From positions 1 to 63,815 of the IMG/VR virus record IMGVR_UViG_3300009091_001004: a DNA stretch of 63,815 bases; one strand, given 5' to 3'. Below are positions 1 to 8,470 of the stretch, piece after piece. The notes beneath the pieces are model-generated. The model searched no databases. It saw nothing but the letters and a program-made list of their open reading frames with translations, and was not told the DNA's origin. The stretch comes from a virus. Taxonomy: Duplodnaviria > Caudoviricetes. Within the stretch, counting starts at the first letter, position 1; each line of letters starts with the position of its first letter. A program made the position numbers and the translations under genes.

Positions 1-894
1 ATGGGTAAGAAAGAGGTCTGTTCTATGGGTAAGTCCACGGGTAAGTCCGTAAGGAAGTTCCTGTTCCCGGTTCTTATCGTCATCGTATTATTGTCCCTGC
101 TGGCACCGCTTGCTCTGGCTGCGGGCGACCAGGTGGGCGTTGTTTTCCCCTCTCTGGGAAGTAAGCTGGAGTGTGTGTGGGGCTACAATACCACCACGCG
201 CAACTGGCTGCTCTATGAACCGTCTAACCTGAAAGTGAGCGACCTGATGAGTCTCAATGCGGGGAGTGGGTACTGGCTGCAGGTCAACGCGGACTGTGTT
301 CTCTTTTACGGCGTGCATTCTTACAACCTCTACAAGGGGTGGAACCTCATCGGCTGGCTGGGTTCGGGGACAACTCCTACTCCGGGAGCTACTTCTACCC
401 CTACCCCTACTCCCACCCCGGTAGAGGTGATGCAGTGTATTACGGGCGACACTTTTGCCTTGGGGGCTCCGGGATCTCCGAGTGCGGCCTGGTACGGTCA
501 GACATTCCGCTGTCCGGCAGCAGTTACTATTGTGGGAGTTAAGGTAAAACTTACCCGCGCCGGAGACGTCGGGCGTATCCAGTTCTTCATCGCCGATACT
601 GCGAACGGGTTCCCGCGTTTTATTATTTCCTCTACTGTTATTGCTGCCACATCATATACTTCGGGATCCTGGGTAAGTCTTCCTCTTCCGGCTAAACTGC
701 TCGCGGGGAAAGATTACGTTGTGTTCTACCGTATGCTGGATTACCAGGACACGATGGGCACCTCTATCGGGTTCGGGTGGCGTGCGGACAACAGCGACCC
801 GGTATATGCGTCGGGGAATGCAATTAAGTCAGTGGATAATGGGTTGACCTGGACGGCCCTCACCGGAACGGACATGATGTTCCAGGTATATTAA
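1..894 (+). CDS. Secreted/surface protein: signal peptide, VWGY..W..Y.P/GYW/GWNLIG domain, PT linker, C-terminal beta domain
   Basis: Hydrophobic signal ending ALA; TPTPGATSTPTPTPTP linker. True start may be the second Met. Confidence 0.65.
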   Translation: MGKKEVCSMGKSTGKSVRKFLFPVLIVIVLLSLLAPLALAAGDQVGVVFPSLGSKLECVWGYNTTTRNWLLYEPSNLKVSDLMSLNAGSGYWLQVNADCVLFYGVHSYNLYKGWNLIGWLGSGTTPTPGATSTPTPTPTPVEVMQCITGDTFALGAPGSPSAAWYGQTFRCPAAVTIVGVKVKLTRAGDVGRIQFFIADTANGFPRFIISSTVIAATSYTSGSWVSLPLPAKLLAGKDYVVFYRMLDYQDTMGTSIGFGWRADNSDPVYASGNAIKSVDNGLTWTALTGTDMMFQVY

Positions 895-937
895 GGGGAG
901 TTTTGGTACCGGGGGGTATCAGAAAGGGGAAGCTGTC

Positions 938-1198
938 ATGGCTACACTAGAAAGGGAATCAGGGAAGTCGGGCAAAACAACAGCAGGTAAAGTGGAGGGG
1001 GGTACAGGGAAAATTTGTCCCTTGTGTGGAGGTTCCGGGTACATCTCGGTTATGTTTGCGGACGATACGCAGTTCCGGGATTGCCCGCTGTGTACTAAGA
1101 GTGTAAAGGATCTTCTGGCGGAGAGCGTTCCTCGTAGCGAGTACAGTGCAAAGGTGGACCAGATATGGGCTACCTGGAATGCTAACCAGAGTAAATAA
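938..1198 (+). CDS. Small zinc-finger protein (CPLCGGSG...CPLC)
   Basis: Two CxxC motifs; purine-rich RBS upstream. Confidence 0.6.
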   Translation: MATLERESGKSGKTTAGKVEGGTGKICPLCGGSGYISVMFADDTQFRDCPLCTKSVKDLLAESVPRSEYSAKVDQIWATWNANQSK

Positions 1199-1214
1199 GA
1201 AGGGGGAGTTTCGT

Positions 1215-1859
1215 ATGGTTACAAGGGTCGTGGATAACGCTACGGGTAAAACTAGAGTGTCTCACAGTATGGATGAGCTGGGTCCTGCGTTCTGGCGGGC
1301 ACAAGCCTTGCTGGAAAAGTATCCAGATATCTATTATACCAAGCTTGCTTCGCGGGTCAGGTCTTCTGATCCTAGTATTAAAATTGGTGACCGTACTTTT
1401 GAGCACTGGTCATACTTGCGAAGAAAGGACGAGCCGAATCAGATAAAAGCACTGAGACACTATAGAGGATACTATAAGGACTACCGTTTAGAGATGGGTG
1501 TTCTTCCACCCGGTCTGAGAAAGACTAATCCAGACAAGTCCGATCCGGTCAAGCTTGATTCAGGTCCGGTCAAGCTTAATTCAGGTGAGTCCAATCTGGA
1601 CAAGTCCAATCCAGGAAAGCCTAATCCGGGAGAGGGGGATAAGGTGAAAGGGGAGGCCGTAAAGGGTGCTGTTTCTGTTAGTGATATTATCGGGTCTCTT
1701 TCTGCCCTCTCTGCTGTTGATCTTCTGGAGCTCAATATGGCTCTCAGTGCCGAGATGAGGTCCCGCTTTGATGGGATCGTAGGGACTAAAGAAGAAGAGG
1801 TAGTCAAAAAGGCGCTGGCTGCGCTGGATGGAGTCGGCATAAAAGTGTCGTTAGTGTAA
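1215..1859 (+). CDS. Hypothetical protein with internal short repeats
   Basis: Start moved to ATG 1215 after GGGGGAG; repeats NPDKS/PVKLDSG/PVKLNSG. Confidence 0.6.
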   Translation: MVTRVVDNATGKTRVSHSMDELGPAFWRAQALLEKYPDIYYTKLASRVRSSDPSIKIGDRTFEHWSYLRRKDEPNQIKALRHYRGYYKDYRLEMGVLPPGLRKTNPDKSDPVKLDSGPVKLNSGESNLDKSNPGKPNPGEGDKVKGEAVKGAVSVSDIIGSLSALSAVDLLELNMALSAEMRSRFDGIVGTKEEEVVKKALAALDGVGIKVSLV

Positions 1860-1886
1860 TAAAGTATCTGGTCTGGGAGGTTTTTT

Positions 1887-2504
1887 GTGGAAGTTCTAGT
1901 TAACGAGCCTATTGACCTGGAGGTGGTGGCGGATCTCTGTGCTGTCGGAATGAAGCGCCATCCGCCGCAGCCGCGGGACGTCTCCCGCTGGCATGTCACG
2001 GATCTGCTCCGTGCCGGGCATTCTATCGTCAAGGGGGATATCCAGTACGGTCCCGATGACGGCTTCCAGGTTAACGGTATCATGTCTATGGGCAAGATCT
2101 GGCAGACCAATGTCGACTGCTATCTCAGCCATTACGCGGTGGAGCGAGGGGGAGTTTACGTTCCCGACGTGGTGAAGGATCAGGATGGCATTCAGGCTAG
2201 CCTGGACGGTGTCCAGTTCATTCCCGAAGTGGGTTGGATGGTGTGCGAAACCAAGCTGCGTTTCTCTCAGAGTGAGGATATTCCCCTGGATCATCTGCAG
2301 CAGGTAAGAGCGTACTGCTACGTGCAGGAGACTGACCTGGTGTGTTATGTGAGCGGTCACCTGTCCAGTTCTCCCCCGGCAGCTCGTGCTCGTATGAAGA
2401 TAATCCGCCTCACACAGCAAAGCATTGAGGAGTGCTGGCAGGGTATCGTGAACACCAGAGATTATCTTGTGTCTCTGGGTATCTCCCCGGCGACACGGAA
2501 TTGA
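1887..2504 (+). CDS. PD-(D/E)xK (Cas4/lambda-exo-like) exonuclease
   Basis: HVTDL, ASLDG...CETKL, QVRAYC motifs; GGGAGG RBS. Confidence 0.7.
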   Translation: MEVLVNEPIDLEVVADLCAVGMKRHPPQPRDVSRWHVTDLLRAGHSIVKGDIQYGPDDGFQVNGIMSMGKIWQTNVDCYLSHYAVERGGVYVPDVVKDQDGIQASLDGVQFIPEVGWMVCETKLRFSQSEDIPLDHLQQVRAYCYVQETDLVCYVSGHLSSSPPAARARMKIIRLTQQSIEECWQGIVNTRDYLVSLGISPATRN

Positions 2505-2510
2505 GGTTGA

Positions 2511-2945
2511 TTGATGGATGGTGCAGTAAATAGTGTAGTAAGTAGTGTAGTAGATAGTGTAGTGGATAGTGTAGTAGATAGTGTAGTGAGCAGTGAATAT
2601 GAACTAGCTGGGGTGGTGCTATCCGGACGTCAGAAACAGATGCTGGACCTGGCTATCCAGTGTCTTCCGGACAAAGTTATTGGCAAGCGGCTGGGGATCT
2701 CGCACAATACTGTCAAGAACTATATGCAGGAACTCCGTCGGAAAACGTCATGTGCCAACAGGATAGAACTGTTGAAGAAGTATTCCTGCTCTAATGCTGT
2801 TATCAGGGAGCGTAAGCGGATCGGCTTCGTGCTGGCCTGTCATGTGCTGAGTTGCCGTACGCCAAATAGCCATTCGGATATAACTTATGAGGGTGATTTT
2901 ACGCAGTTTGTCAAAGATCTGCGGCAAGGTAAGGAGGTAACGTAA
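2511..2945 (+). CDS. LuxR-type HTH protein with N-terminal VDSV repeats
   Basis: LSGRQKQML...DKVIGKRLGISHNTVKNY...NRIEL matches the LuxR C-terminal HTH pattern. Confidence 0.7.
   Translation: MMDGAVNSVVSSVVDSVVDSVVDSVVSSEYELAGVVLSGRQKQMLDLAIQCLPDKVIGKRLGISHNTVKNYMQELRRKTSCANRIELLKKYSCSNAVIRERKRIGFVLACHVLSCRTPNSHSDITYEGDFTQFVKDLRQGKEVT
2526..2597 (+). repeat. Degenerate 12-bp tandem repeat x6 (gtagatagtgta)
   Basis: Directly visible; encodes VNSV-VSSV-VDSV-VDSV-VDSV-VSSE. Confidence 0.85.
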
Positions 2946-3169
2946 TGTATCGTCATACTGTATACCGCCCAGTGGACCTGGTGTTTGAGCCAAAATTAGT
3001 GAAGTGCCCTGTCTGTAAGAAAGAAATGGAAGAGCATATTGTCTGCGAGGGTGCACGCTTTCATGTCCTTTCCTGGGACAACCATGGCAGCTGGTGTAGT
3101 GAACCGAACTGCGAAATTAATCATGAGCGGAGACATCGCCTGGAGCGGGAGGCGAAGAAACATGTCTAG
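2945..3169 (+). CDS. Small Cys/His-rich hypothetical protein
   Basis: AGGAGG RBS, TAATG coupling, CPVC and CSEPNCEINH. Confidence 0.6.
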   Translation: MYRHTVYRPVDLVFEPKLVKCPVCKKEMEEHIVCEGARFHVLSWDNHGSWCSEPNCEINHERRHRLEREAKKHV

Positions 3170-3359
3170 TTCTGGGATGACAATCTCCGCGTTCTGGGCT
3201 AGGGCGGAAAAGATATTCAAGGAGCATCGTAACCAGGCCGGTCGGTTTATTACCAGTGATTTGACTGGAGAAGAACATTACCAGAACGTTATGGATTTTC
3301 TCAGCGACGTGGACTCTCTTGTGGATGACTGGTATAACCGAGGAGATGAGAAAACATGA
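3162..3359 (+). CDS. Hypothetical protein
   Basis: Start moved to ATG 3162 after GGAGG; stop overlaps next start. Confidence 0.5.
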   Translation: MSSSGMTISAFWARAEKIFKEHRNQAGRFITSDLTGEEHYQNVMDFLSDVDSLVDDWYNRGDEKT

Positions 3360-3700
3360 GTCCTCATGGTTTTCCGGGGTTAGACGACTTTGGTATTCCG
3401 GATGATCTTCCGGATGATGTTTTTCGCCCGGATGAGCTAGCGACTCTACGTGACGAGGAGAGGGCTCGGAAGGCTATTGCTCGGCTACGAAAGAAGGGTC
3501 TTAACTGGAAAACTTTTGTCTGGATTGATATTCATAGTGTTAAACATAAGCTTAGGGACATCGACGATACTTACCTGAGCAATATTATCCATTATCTGGA
3601 GAGAACTAAGGGTCATACTGGTATGGTATTCACCCGGGAGGAAGTAATCAAATTTTTGAAAGATGAGTCTTATAGGAGGGTATCAAGTGGCCATAACTAA
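3356..3700 (+). CDS. Hypothetical phage protein
   Basis: AGGAG RBS; W..I...KLRDIDDTYLSNII pattern typical of small phage proteins. Confidence 0.55.
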   Translation: MSPHGFPGLDDFGIPDDLPDDVFRPDELATLRDEERARKAIARLRKKGLNWKTFVWIDIHSVKHKLRDIDDTYLSNIIHYLERTKGHTGMVFTREEVIKFLKDESYRRVSSGHN

Positions 3701-4493
3701 ACGGGATGCAACGACAGATCAGAGGGTGATACAGGACCTTAAGGCATTAGGGTTCAGCGATGATATTCAGGAGCGTCCGAGACGACTGATTGTCTCGCTG
3801 TCCGGCCCGGCTAAGACGGGCAAGACGCACTTCGCTCTTACGGCTCCGAGTCCGATCTTCTTTATCAATATCGATATCGGGACCGAGGGAGTGCTGGATA
3901 AGTTTCAGGCAGAAGGAAAGAAGATATACTGCCTCGACGTCCGTGTTCCGAAAACAACCAAGTCGGAGAAAGACAGATCCGATATCTATGTCCCGATGTG
4001 GGGGAATTTGAAGGTGGTTTTCGCCCGGGTTTACGGGATGGGCTCCGGTACCGTTATCGTGGATACGGACACTGAAGCCTACGAGCTGGCCCGCCTGGCC
4101 AAGTTTGGTAAACTAACGCAGGTCATGCCGCACAACTACCAGGAAGTCAATAACGAGTTCCGCGAGGTGTTGCGCCTGGCCTTCGACAGCCCGATGAATA
4201 CTATCTTCATTCACAAGGTAAAACCGAAGTGGGTTAACAATGCCCGCACCAGCGAGTTTGAAGTCTCCGGTCCGAGTGACATCGAGTACAACGTTCAGGC
4301 CAACTTGGAAACGCGGCGTATGGACACGGAGGATGGAACAGTGTTCTGTGTGTATATCAAGGACTGCCGTCAGAATCCTTCTCTTGCGGGAACGCTTATG
4401 CAGGGACTGCCTTTACAGTCCGGTGAGGCGCGTACCGAGGATCCGCTGTGTAATTTCGAGATGTTGCTCAGTATGGTTCATGTTACACACTAG
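3687..4493 (+). CDS. AAA/RecA-like ATPase (Sak4/AAA_24-like single-strand annealing candidate)
   Basis: Walker A GPAKTGKT, Walker B VIVD; GTG start at 3687 after AGGAGG; lies between exonuclease and ERCC4 genes. Confidence 0.7.
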   Translation: MAITKRDATTDQRVIQDLKALGFSDDIQERPRRLIVSLSGPAKTGKTHFALTAPSPIFFINIDIGTEGVLDKFQAEGKKIYCLDVRVPKTTKSEKDRSDIYVPMWGNLKVVFARVYGMGSGTVIVDTDTEAYELARLAKFGKLTQVMPHNYQEVNNEFREVLRLAFDSPMNTIFIHKVKPKWVNNARTSEFEVSGPSDIEYNVQANLETRRMDTEDGTVFCVYIKDCRQNPSLAGTLMQGLPLQSGEARTEDPLCNFEMLLSMVHVTH

Positions 4494-4505
4494 GAGAGTA
4501 CCGTA

Positions 4506-5249
4506 ATGCCTGATATATTCTGCAGTGACTTGCCCAATGACCAGGACATGATCCATGCCCTGAATACAGATGCGATACCATTGCCCGGTCTCTTTACTGA
4601 CGCCTGTTTCGGGGGAGCCGAGTCCAAGCTCATCGCTGTCGAGCGTAAGAAAGTGGGGGACATGGCGGACGCGATCCTTTCCGGGCGTTTTCTCTACCAG
4701 GCCCAGGTCTGCAAAGAGCAGGGTAGCGACGTGCTGGCTCTTATCGTAGAGGGAGACCGCCGCTCCAACCCCGAAGATGGTATGCTCGAAGTTCCTGTAT
4801 GGAGAATCAACCCGCGCACGATGCGACGCGCCGAGTTCTGGGAACAGGTAAGGCCGGTGATTAGTTATTCCCGCTTCGAACAGTATCTTATCGAGCTGGA
4901 TTACCTGGCGGGGATTATCGTAAAGCGGTCGCGTGATGTCAAGGAAACTGCTGCCATTATCCGGGCACTCAGGGACCAGTTCCAGACGCCGCCGGATGGA
5001 CACAAGTCCCTGCACCAGATCTTCTCTTCGGTGCCCCGGATAGGTGTAGATCTCGTCCGTCCCGGGCTGGTGCGCCGGGTAGCGAAAGAACTTCCCGGCA
5101 TCGGGTATGAGCGTTCCCGGACAGTAGCGGAGCACTTTAAGTCTGTCCGGGAAATGTGCAATGCTGATGCGGAAGAGTGGTCATCTTTGGAAGGAATTGG
5201 ACAAAAGACGGCGGAAAAGGTAATATTAGCCCTAGGAGGTGCACAATGA
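4506..5249 (+). CDS. ERCC4/XPF-family nuclease with C-terminal HhH
   Basis: VERKKVGD, SGR...Q, LIVEG; LPGIG and LEGIGQKTA HhH motifs. Confidence 0.85.
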   Translation: MPDIFCSDLPNDQDMIHALNTDAIPLPGLFTDACFGGAESKLIAVERKKVGDMADAILSGRFLYQAQVCKEQGSDVLALIVEGDRRSNPEDGMLEVPVWRINPRTMRRAEFWEQVRPVISYSRFEQYLIELDYLAGIIVKRSRDVKETAAIIRALRDQFQTPPDGHKSLHQIFSSVPRIGVDLVRPGLVRRVAKELPGIGYERSRTVAEHFKSVREMCNADAEEWSSLEGIGQKTAEKVILALGGAQ

Positions 5250-5767
5250 ACCGATGGATATCTGGGATACGTAACCTGTGTTCCAGCTACCGTCTCTTGC
5301 TTCCCGTGACCGTAGCACTGCTGGTTGTCATGCTTATTGGTGGTGCGGTGCTTGCCGTGACATACAGTCTTCACAAGATTGTGCCGGCAATGGTGACTGT
5401 TGTTTCCCCGACACCTTCTCCCACTCCCACACCTACGGAGGAGCCTGCTACGGATGTTACTCTGTATCTCGATGCCGCGTGTACTACTCCCATGCCAGCA
5501 GGCTACGTTATCAACTTCGGTACCTTTACCGCGGAGTCGTTCTCTCCTGTGTCTACTGATCTGTGGTTCAAAGGGACGGAGATTGACTATAGTACTATTG
5601 CCGTTACTGATGACCTTGCAGAGTACGATGTTATACCATTTGTCGGTCTCCCCGATGTCGGGCTCACCGACCATCCGTGCTTGCTGCGCCTCACGTTACC
5701 GCTTGCTATTCCTGTTGGAGTTTACAGTTTCCAGGTTACCGTTACCGGGAGCGGTAGCGGAGGATAG
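5246..5767 (+). CDS. Membrane-anchored/secreted protein with PT linker
   Basis: Start moved to 5246 after GGAGGT; N-terminal hydrophobic helix, SPTPSPTPTPT linker, beta-rich C-terminus. Confidence 0.6.
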   Translation: MNRWISGIRNLCSSYRLLLPVTVALLVVMLIGGAVLAVTYSLHKIVPAMVTVVSPTPSPTPTPTEEPATDVTLYLDAACTTPMPAGYVINFGTFTAESFSPVSTDLWFKGTEIDYSTIAVTDDLAEYDVIPFVGLPDVGLTDHPCLLRLTLPLAIPVGVYSFQVTVTGSGSGG

Positions 5768-5805
5768 GTTCCCCCCTATACTCTTCTTTACCCCCCTTTA
5801 CATGT

Positions 5806-5858
5806 GAAGCCCCCTGATTCTGTTACAGATATCGGGGGGCTTCCTTATATTCTTCTTT
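5806..5858 (+). terminator. Putative intrinsic terminator
   Basis: gaagccccc...ggggggcttc stem followed by a pyrimidine/T-rich tract. Confidence 0.6.
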
Positions 5859-5868
5859 GTGCTCCCTA

Positions 5869-5897
5869 TTGACACCCTGTGGATATTGTGGTATATT
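5869..5897 (+). promoter_or_regulatory. Sigma70-type promoter
   Basis: TTGACA-17-TATATT with TG extension. Confidence 0.75.
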
Positions 5898-5906
5898 ACG
5901 TTATAG

Positions 5907-6185
5907 AGTGTTACCAAGCAGGGTGATCTGCGTGAACATGCTGCTGCCACTTACGGTATGGGTCACCTGACATTTAACAAGGTGCACCTGGGCAACGATT
6001 TCTTTGATCATGTCAGTCCCCGGGTGACCGGTCTGCTGCTGCATGAGTTTGCCCACAATGTTGTGGGTATAGACTCTACGCACGATCCCCGCTGGTACGC
6101 GGAAGCAGACCGTCTAGCCGGTCTGGCGGTGCATTACGCTGCTGTGAATACCGAGTTTCAGAAGTATCTGGAAGAGGAGGCATAG
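5907..6185 (+). pseudogene. Remnant or short protein with HExxH motif
   Basis: AATYG..LTFN..LG..FF...LLLHEFAH looks like the C-terminal part of a larger protein; no good start/RBS; in-frame stop at 5904. Confidence 0.4.
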
Positions 6186-6374
6186 CGATGGTTCGGGGAG
6201 CGTACATTAAAACAAAACCTAACCTGCTCAGGATGGCAGTACGTGTTGTCTGGTATAGTCTGATGCAGAGGAGAAAAGCGCAATAAGAACGCTGTGTTGT
6301 CTTTAAGAACCTATTGGTAATATCGCTTAAATGTGTTATATTAATGGGCGGATAGGGATAAAGGGGGAAAAGTA

Positions 6375-6737
6375 ATGAATACACTGCATATCTACAGGGA
6401 CGAGGGTCATGGTATAACGCGCACCAGCTTGGCGTTCTGGGATCAGAATAAACACCAGGTTGGCCGGATAATGCGGGTAGTAGTGGCTGATGTTATAGAG
6501 CGTGTCACTTCTCCCGCCGGGTACGCCAGTGAGTACAGTATGATTATTTACGGAAGTACGGGCATGATTATATTATCCGGCTGCAACTGCGGGTATGGTG
6601 GGGAAGGTCCTAATGGGACAGCAAAGATCCTGGTGGAGCTCGGGATGTCCGTGGACGAAGCGCGCAGAATGATGTATGAGAAGAGAATAGATTACCGCCT
6701 AGGGTGTCTCCCCAAACCGGTGGGTGTTCCATGCTAG
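6375..6737 (+). CDS. Hypothetical phage protein (GCNCGYGGEGP motif)
   Basis: GGGG RBS; conserved-looking GYGGEGPNG motif. Confidence 0.6.
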   Translation: MNTLHIYRDEGHGITRTSLAFWDQNKHQVGRIMRVVVADVIERVTSPAGYASEYSMIIYGSTGMIILSGCNCGYGGEGPNGTAKILVELGMSVDEARRMMYEKRIDYRLGCLPKPVGVPC

Positions 6738-6767
6738 TCATTGGCTTTATCTATAGGAGAAGAAACC

Positions 6768-7055
6768 GTGAGTGATTCGATAATGGGTGATCCAACAGAA
6801 TCTATCCGCAAGGAATTGATCCATGATATCGAGGGGCAGGTCCGGAGCGCGGACGATGCCGCCGAGCGTGCTCGACTGGTCAGGTTGTGGGGTAAGGTGT
6901 GGAATACGGATGAGCTGCAGGCGGAATTCACGGTACACGGCTTCGGTGCCCCGTTCGTAATTGCTACTCGCATTAGCACCGGGGAGAAGGGTTCTCTTAT
7001 GTTTCAGCATAGCCCCCGGTTTTATTTTGGCTGGGAACCAGCCGGAAAGGATTAA
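6768..7055 (+). CDS. Hypothetical protein (GSL.FQHSPR.YF family)
   Basis: GTG after AGGAG; F.APFV..R...G.KGSL.FQHSPRFYF motif seen in mobile-element proteins. Confidence 0.6.
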   Translation: MSDSIMGDPTESIRKELIHDIEGQVRSADDAAERARLVRLWGKVWNTDELQAEFTVHGFGAPFVIATRISTGEKGSLMFQHSPRFYFGWEPAGKD

Positions 7056-7070
7056 GAAAGGTAGAGAGGT

Positions 7071-7283
7071 ATGATAACTGATGATACAATGTTGACTGTG
7101 CAACAGCTGGTGGAGCGACTGCAGGTGTCGGATGAAACCATTTATCGTTATATTCGAATTGGTATACTGAAGGCATCTCGTGTTGGTGGCTTGTGGCGCG
7201 TTTCCGAAGAGGCTCTGGAAGATTTTCTGGATAACCGGAGTGGCAGGAGAGCGCGTCAGCATCAGAGCGGCAGTGCGGTTTGA
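7071..7283 (+). CDS. Excisionase-like MerR/HTH_17 DNA-binding protein
   Basis: LTVQQL...L.VS.ETIYR.I..G.L.A.RVGG.WRV motif. Confidence 0.85.
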   Translation: MITDDTMLTVQQLVERLQVSDETIYRYIRIGILKASRVGGLWRVSEEALEDFLDNRSGRRARQHQSGSAV

Positions 7284-7298
7284 GGGAGGTCTGGATAA

Positions 7299-8201
7299 AT
7301 GTTCGATATTAAAGTCGCGGTTCCGTTGTGGCAGCTGGTTGCCACCGGAGTATTCGGGGGAGTGGTCGGAGTGCTTTGCATACTGGTTACACTTTCTTTT
7401 TTAGGGAAAAAGGGTAATCGGTCTGCTGCTCCACCCAGCGTCCTGGATGCTCCAGAACCCCGTTCTCGGGAGGCCCCGGTGCGGAGTGCGTCTCCCCATG
7501 CTCCGGTAAGAGAGGAGCCTGCGAGAGCGGCGGTTAGTACAGACAGTACCTGCAAGCTCTCTCTTGAGAATACAGCTGTACTGATGTCCAAGTCAGCGCA
7601 GCGTAAAAACATCCGCGTGGCAGACCTGGCAGCCCTTGCCGGTGTCCCGATAGGGACGGTCAATATGTGGGCTTCTCATAAGTATATTGAGGTCGTGGTA
7701 ATGCCAGACAGGACGCGCTGGGTAGTGGCCTCGTCGGCTTATCGTTTACTGGACCGGATGGGCGCTCTGACCACGGAGGAGCCTCCTGAGGAACCTTCCA
7801 GGAAACTGCTAGCGGATAAAGAGTTTGCTCCGGAAGAGGAGCAGGAGTTCCCTGACGAAGCAGATGTTTCGGAACCCGCTCCCACCCGGGTGCGTCGTGC
7901 GCCTCCTGTCTCCGTGAAGAGTCTGCCTCAGCCAGATCCGGGCGCTGTTGCGGTAAAAGCAGCTCCTGTGGCTCCTGTATCTCCCGCACCCAGTATGCCG
8001 CCGCCGGCACGTCACTGGTACTACGTTGATGGTAAGCCGGAAGCGTATCCTACTCTCAAGCAAGCTTTACAGGTGATGGGGTTCCCGGTTGCAGCAGCCA
8101 GTATATCTTGGAAAGACGTGCCGCTCATGGTCAAGGGGAGAATACAACGTACCGATGTTCTGGATGGGGGGAATGGTCAGGAACACAGTACGGGTTCATA
8201 A
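7299..8201 (+). CDS. Membrane-anchored protein with HTH-like segment and Pro/Glu-rich linkers
   Basis: N-terminal TM; VADLAALAGVPIGTVNMW HTH-like segment. Confidence 0.6.
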   Translation: MFDIKVAVPLWQLVATGVFGGVVGVLCILVTLSFLGKKGNRSAAPPSVLDAPEPRSREAPVRSASPHAPVREEPARAAVSTDSTCKLSLENTAVLMSKSAQRKNIRVADLAALAGVPIGTVNMWASHKYIEVVVMPDRTRWVVASSAYRLLDRMGALTTEEPPEEPSRKLLADKEFAPEEEQEFPDEADVSEPAPTRVRRAPPVSVKSLPQPDPGAVAVKAAPVAPVSPAPSMPPPARHWYYVDGKPEAYPTLKQALQVMGFPVAAASISWKDVPLMVKGRIQRTDVLDGGNGQEHSTGS

Positions 8202-8240
8202 TCAGTCGTATTCGTCGTAAATAAAATAAAAGTAAAGGGG

Positions 8241-8465
8241 ATGATTAGAATGGAAACAGAAATGGGGAACGAGGTCCATTACAAGGTAAAGATTTTCCTG
8301 GATGGGAAGTGGTTCAAAAATGCATACGTCTTTCCGTCTCGTGCTGAGGCTACACAGTACGGGGAAAGTATGGAAGTAGAGAAGTACCGCTTGGTAGTCA
8401 CCAGTGAACCGGTGGCGCTTCCTCCTCCCGAGGAGCCATTTGACGCAAGCATAGCGGAAAAGTAA
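8241..8465 (+). CDS. Hypothetical protein
   Basis: YKVKI...W..NA..F.SR.EA.QYG resembles the N-terminus of ORF 23375. Confidence 0.5.
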   Translation: MIRMETEMGNEVHYKVKIFLDGKWFKNAYVFPSRAEATQYGESMEVEKYRLVVTSEPVALPPPEEPFDASIAEK

Positions 8466-8470
8466 GACTG

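Noticed and set aside
2526-2597. Tandem repeats (here and at 18964) as possible CRISPR arrays
   Set aside because: Units are 12 and 17 bp with no unique spacers, and no cas operon is present. The Cas4-like nuclease is a stand-alone phage-type exonuclease.
4506-5249. GG-containing C-termini such as LGGAQ (also VGGR at 20965, DLGG at 48699) as members of the tail motif
   Set aside because: No basic tract precedes them; explained by the overlapping Shine-Dalgarno of the next gene or by chance.
6188-6286. 32-aa ORF MVRGAYIKTKPNLL... with GGAGG upstream
   Set aside because: Too short and featureless to support, although it may be real.
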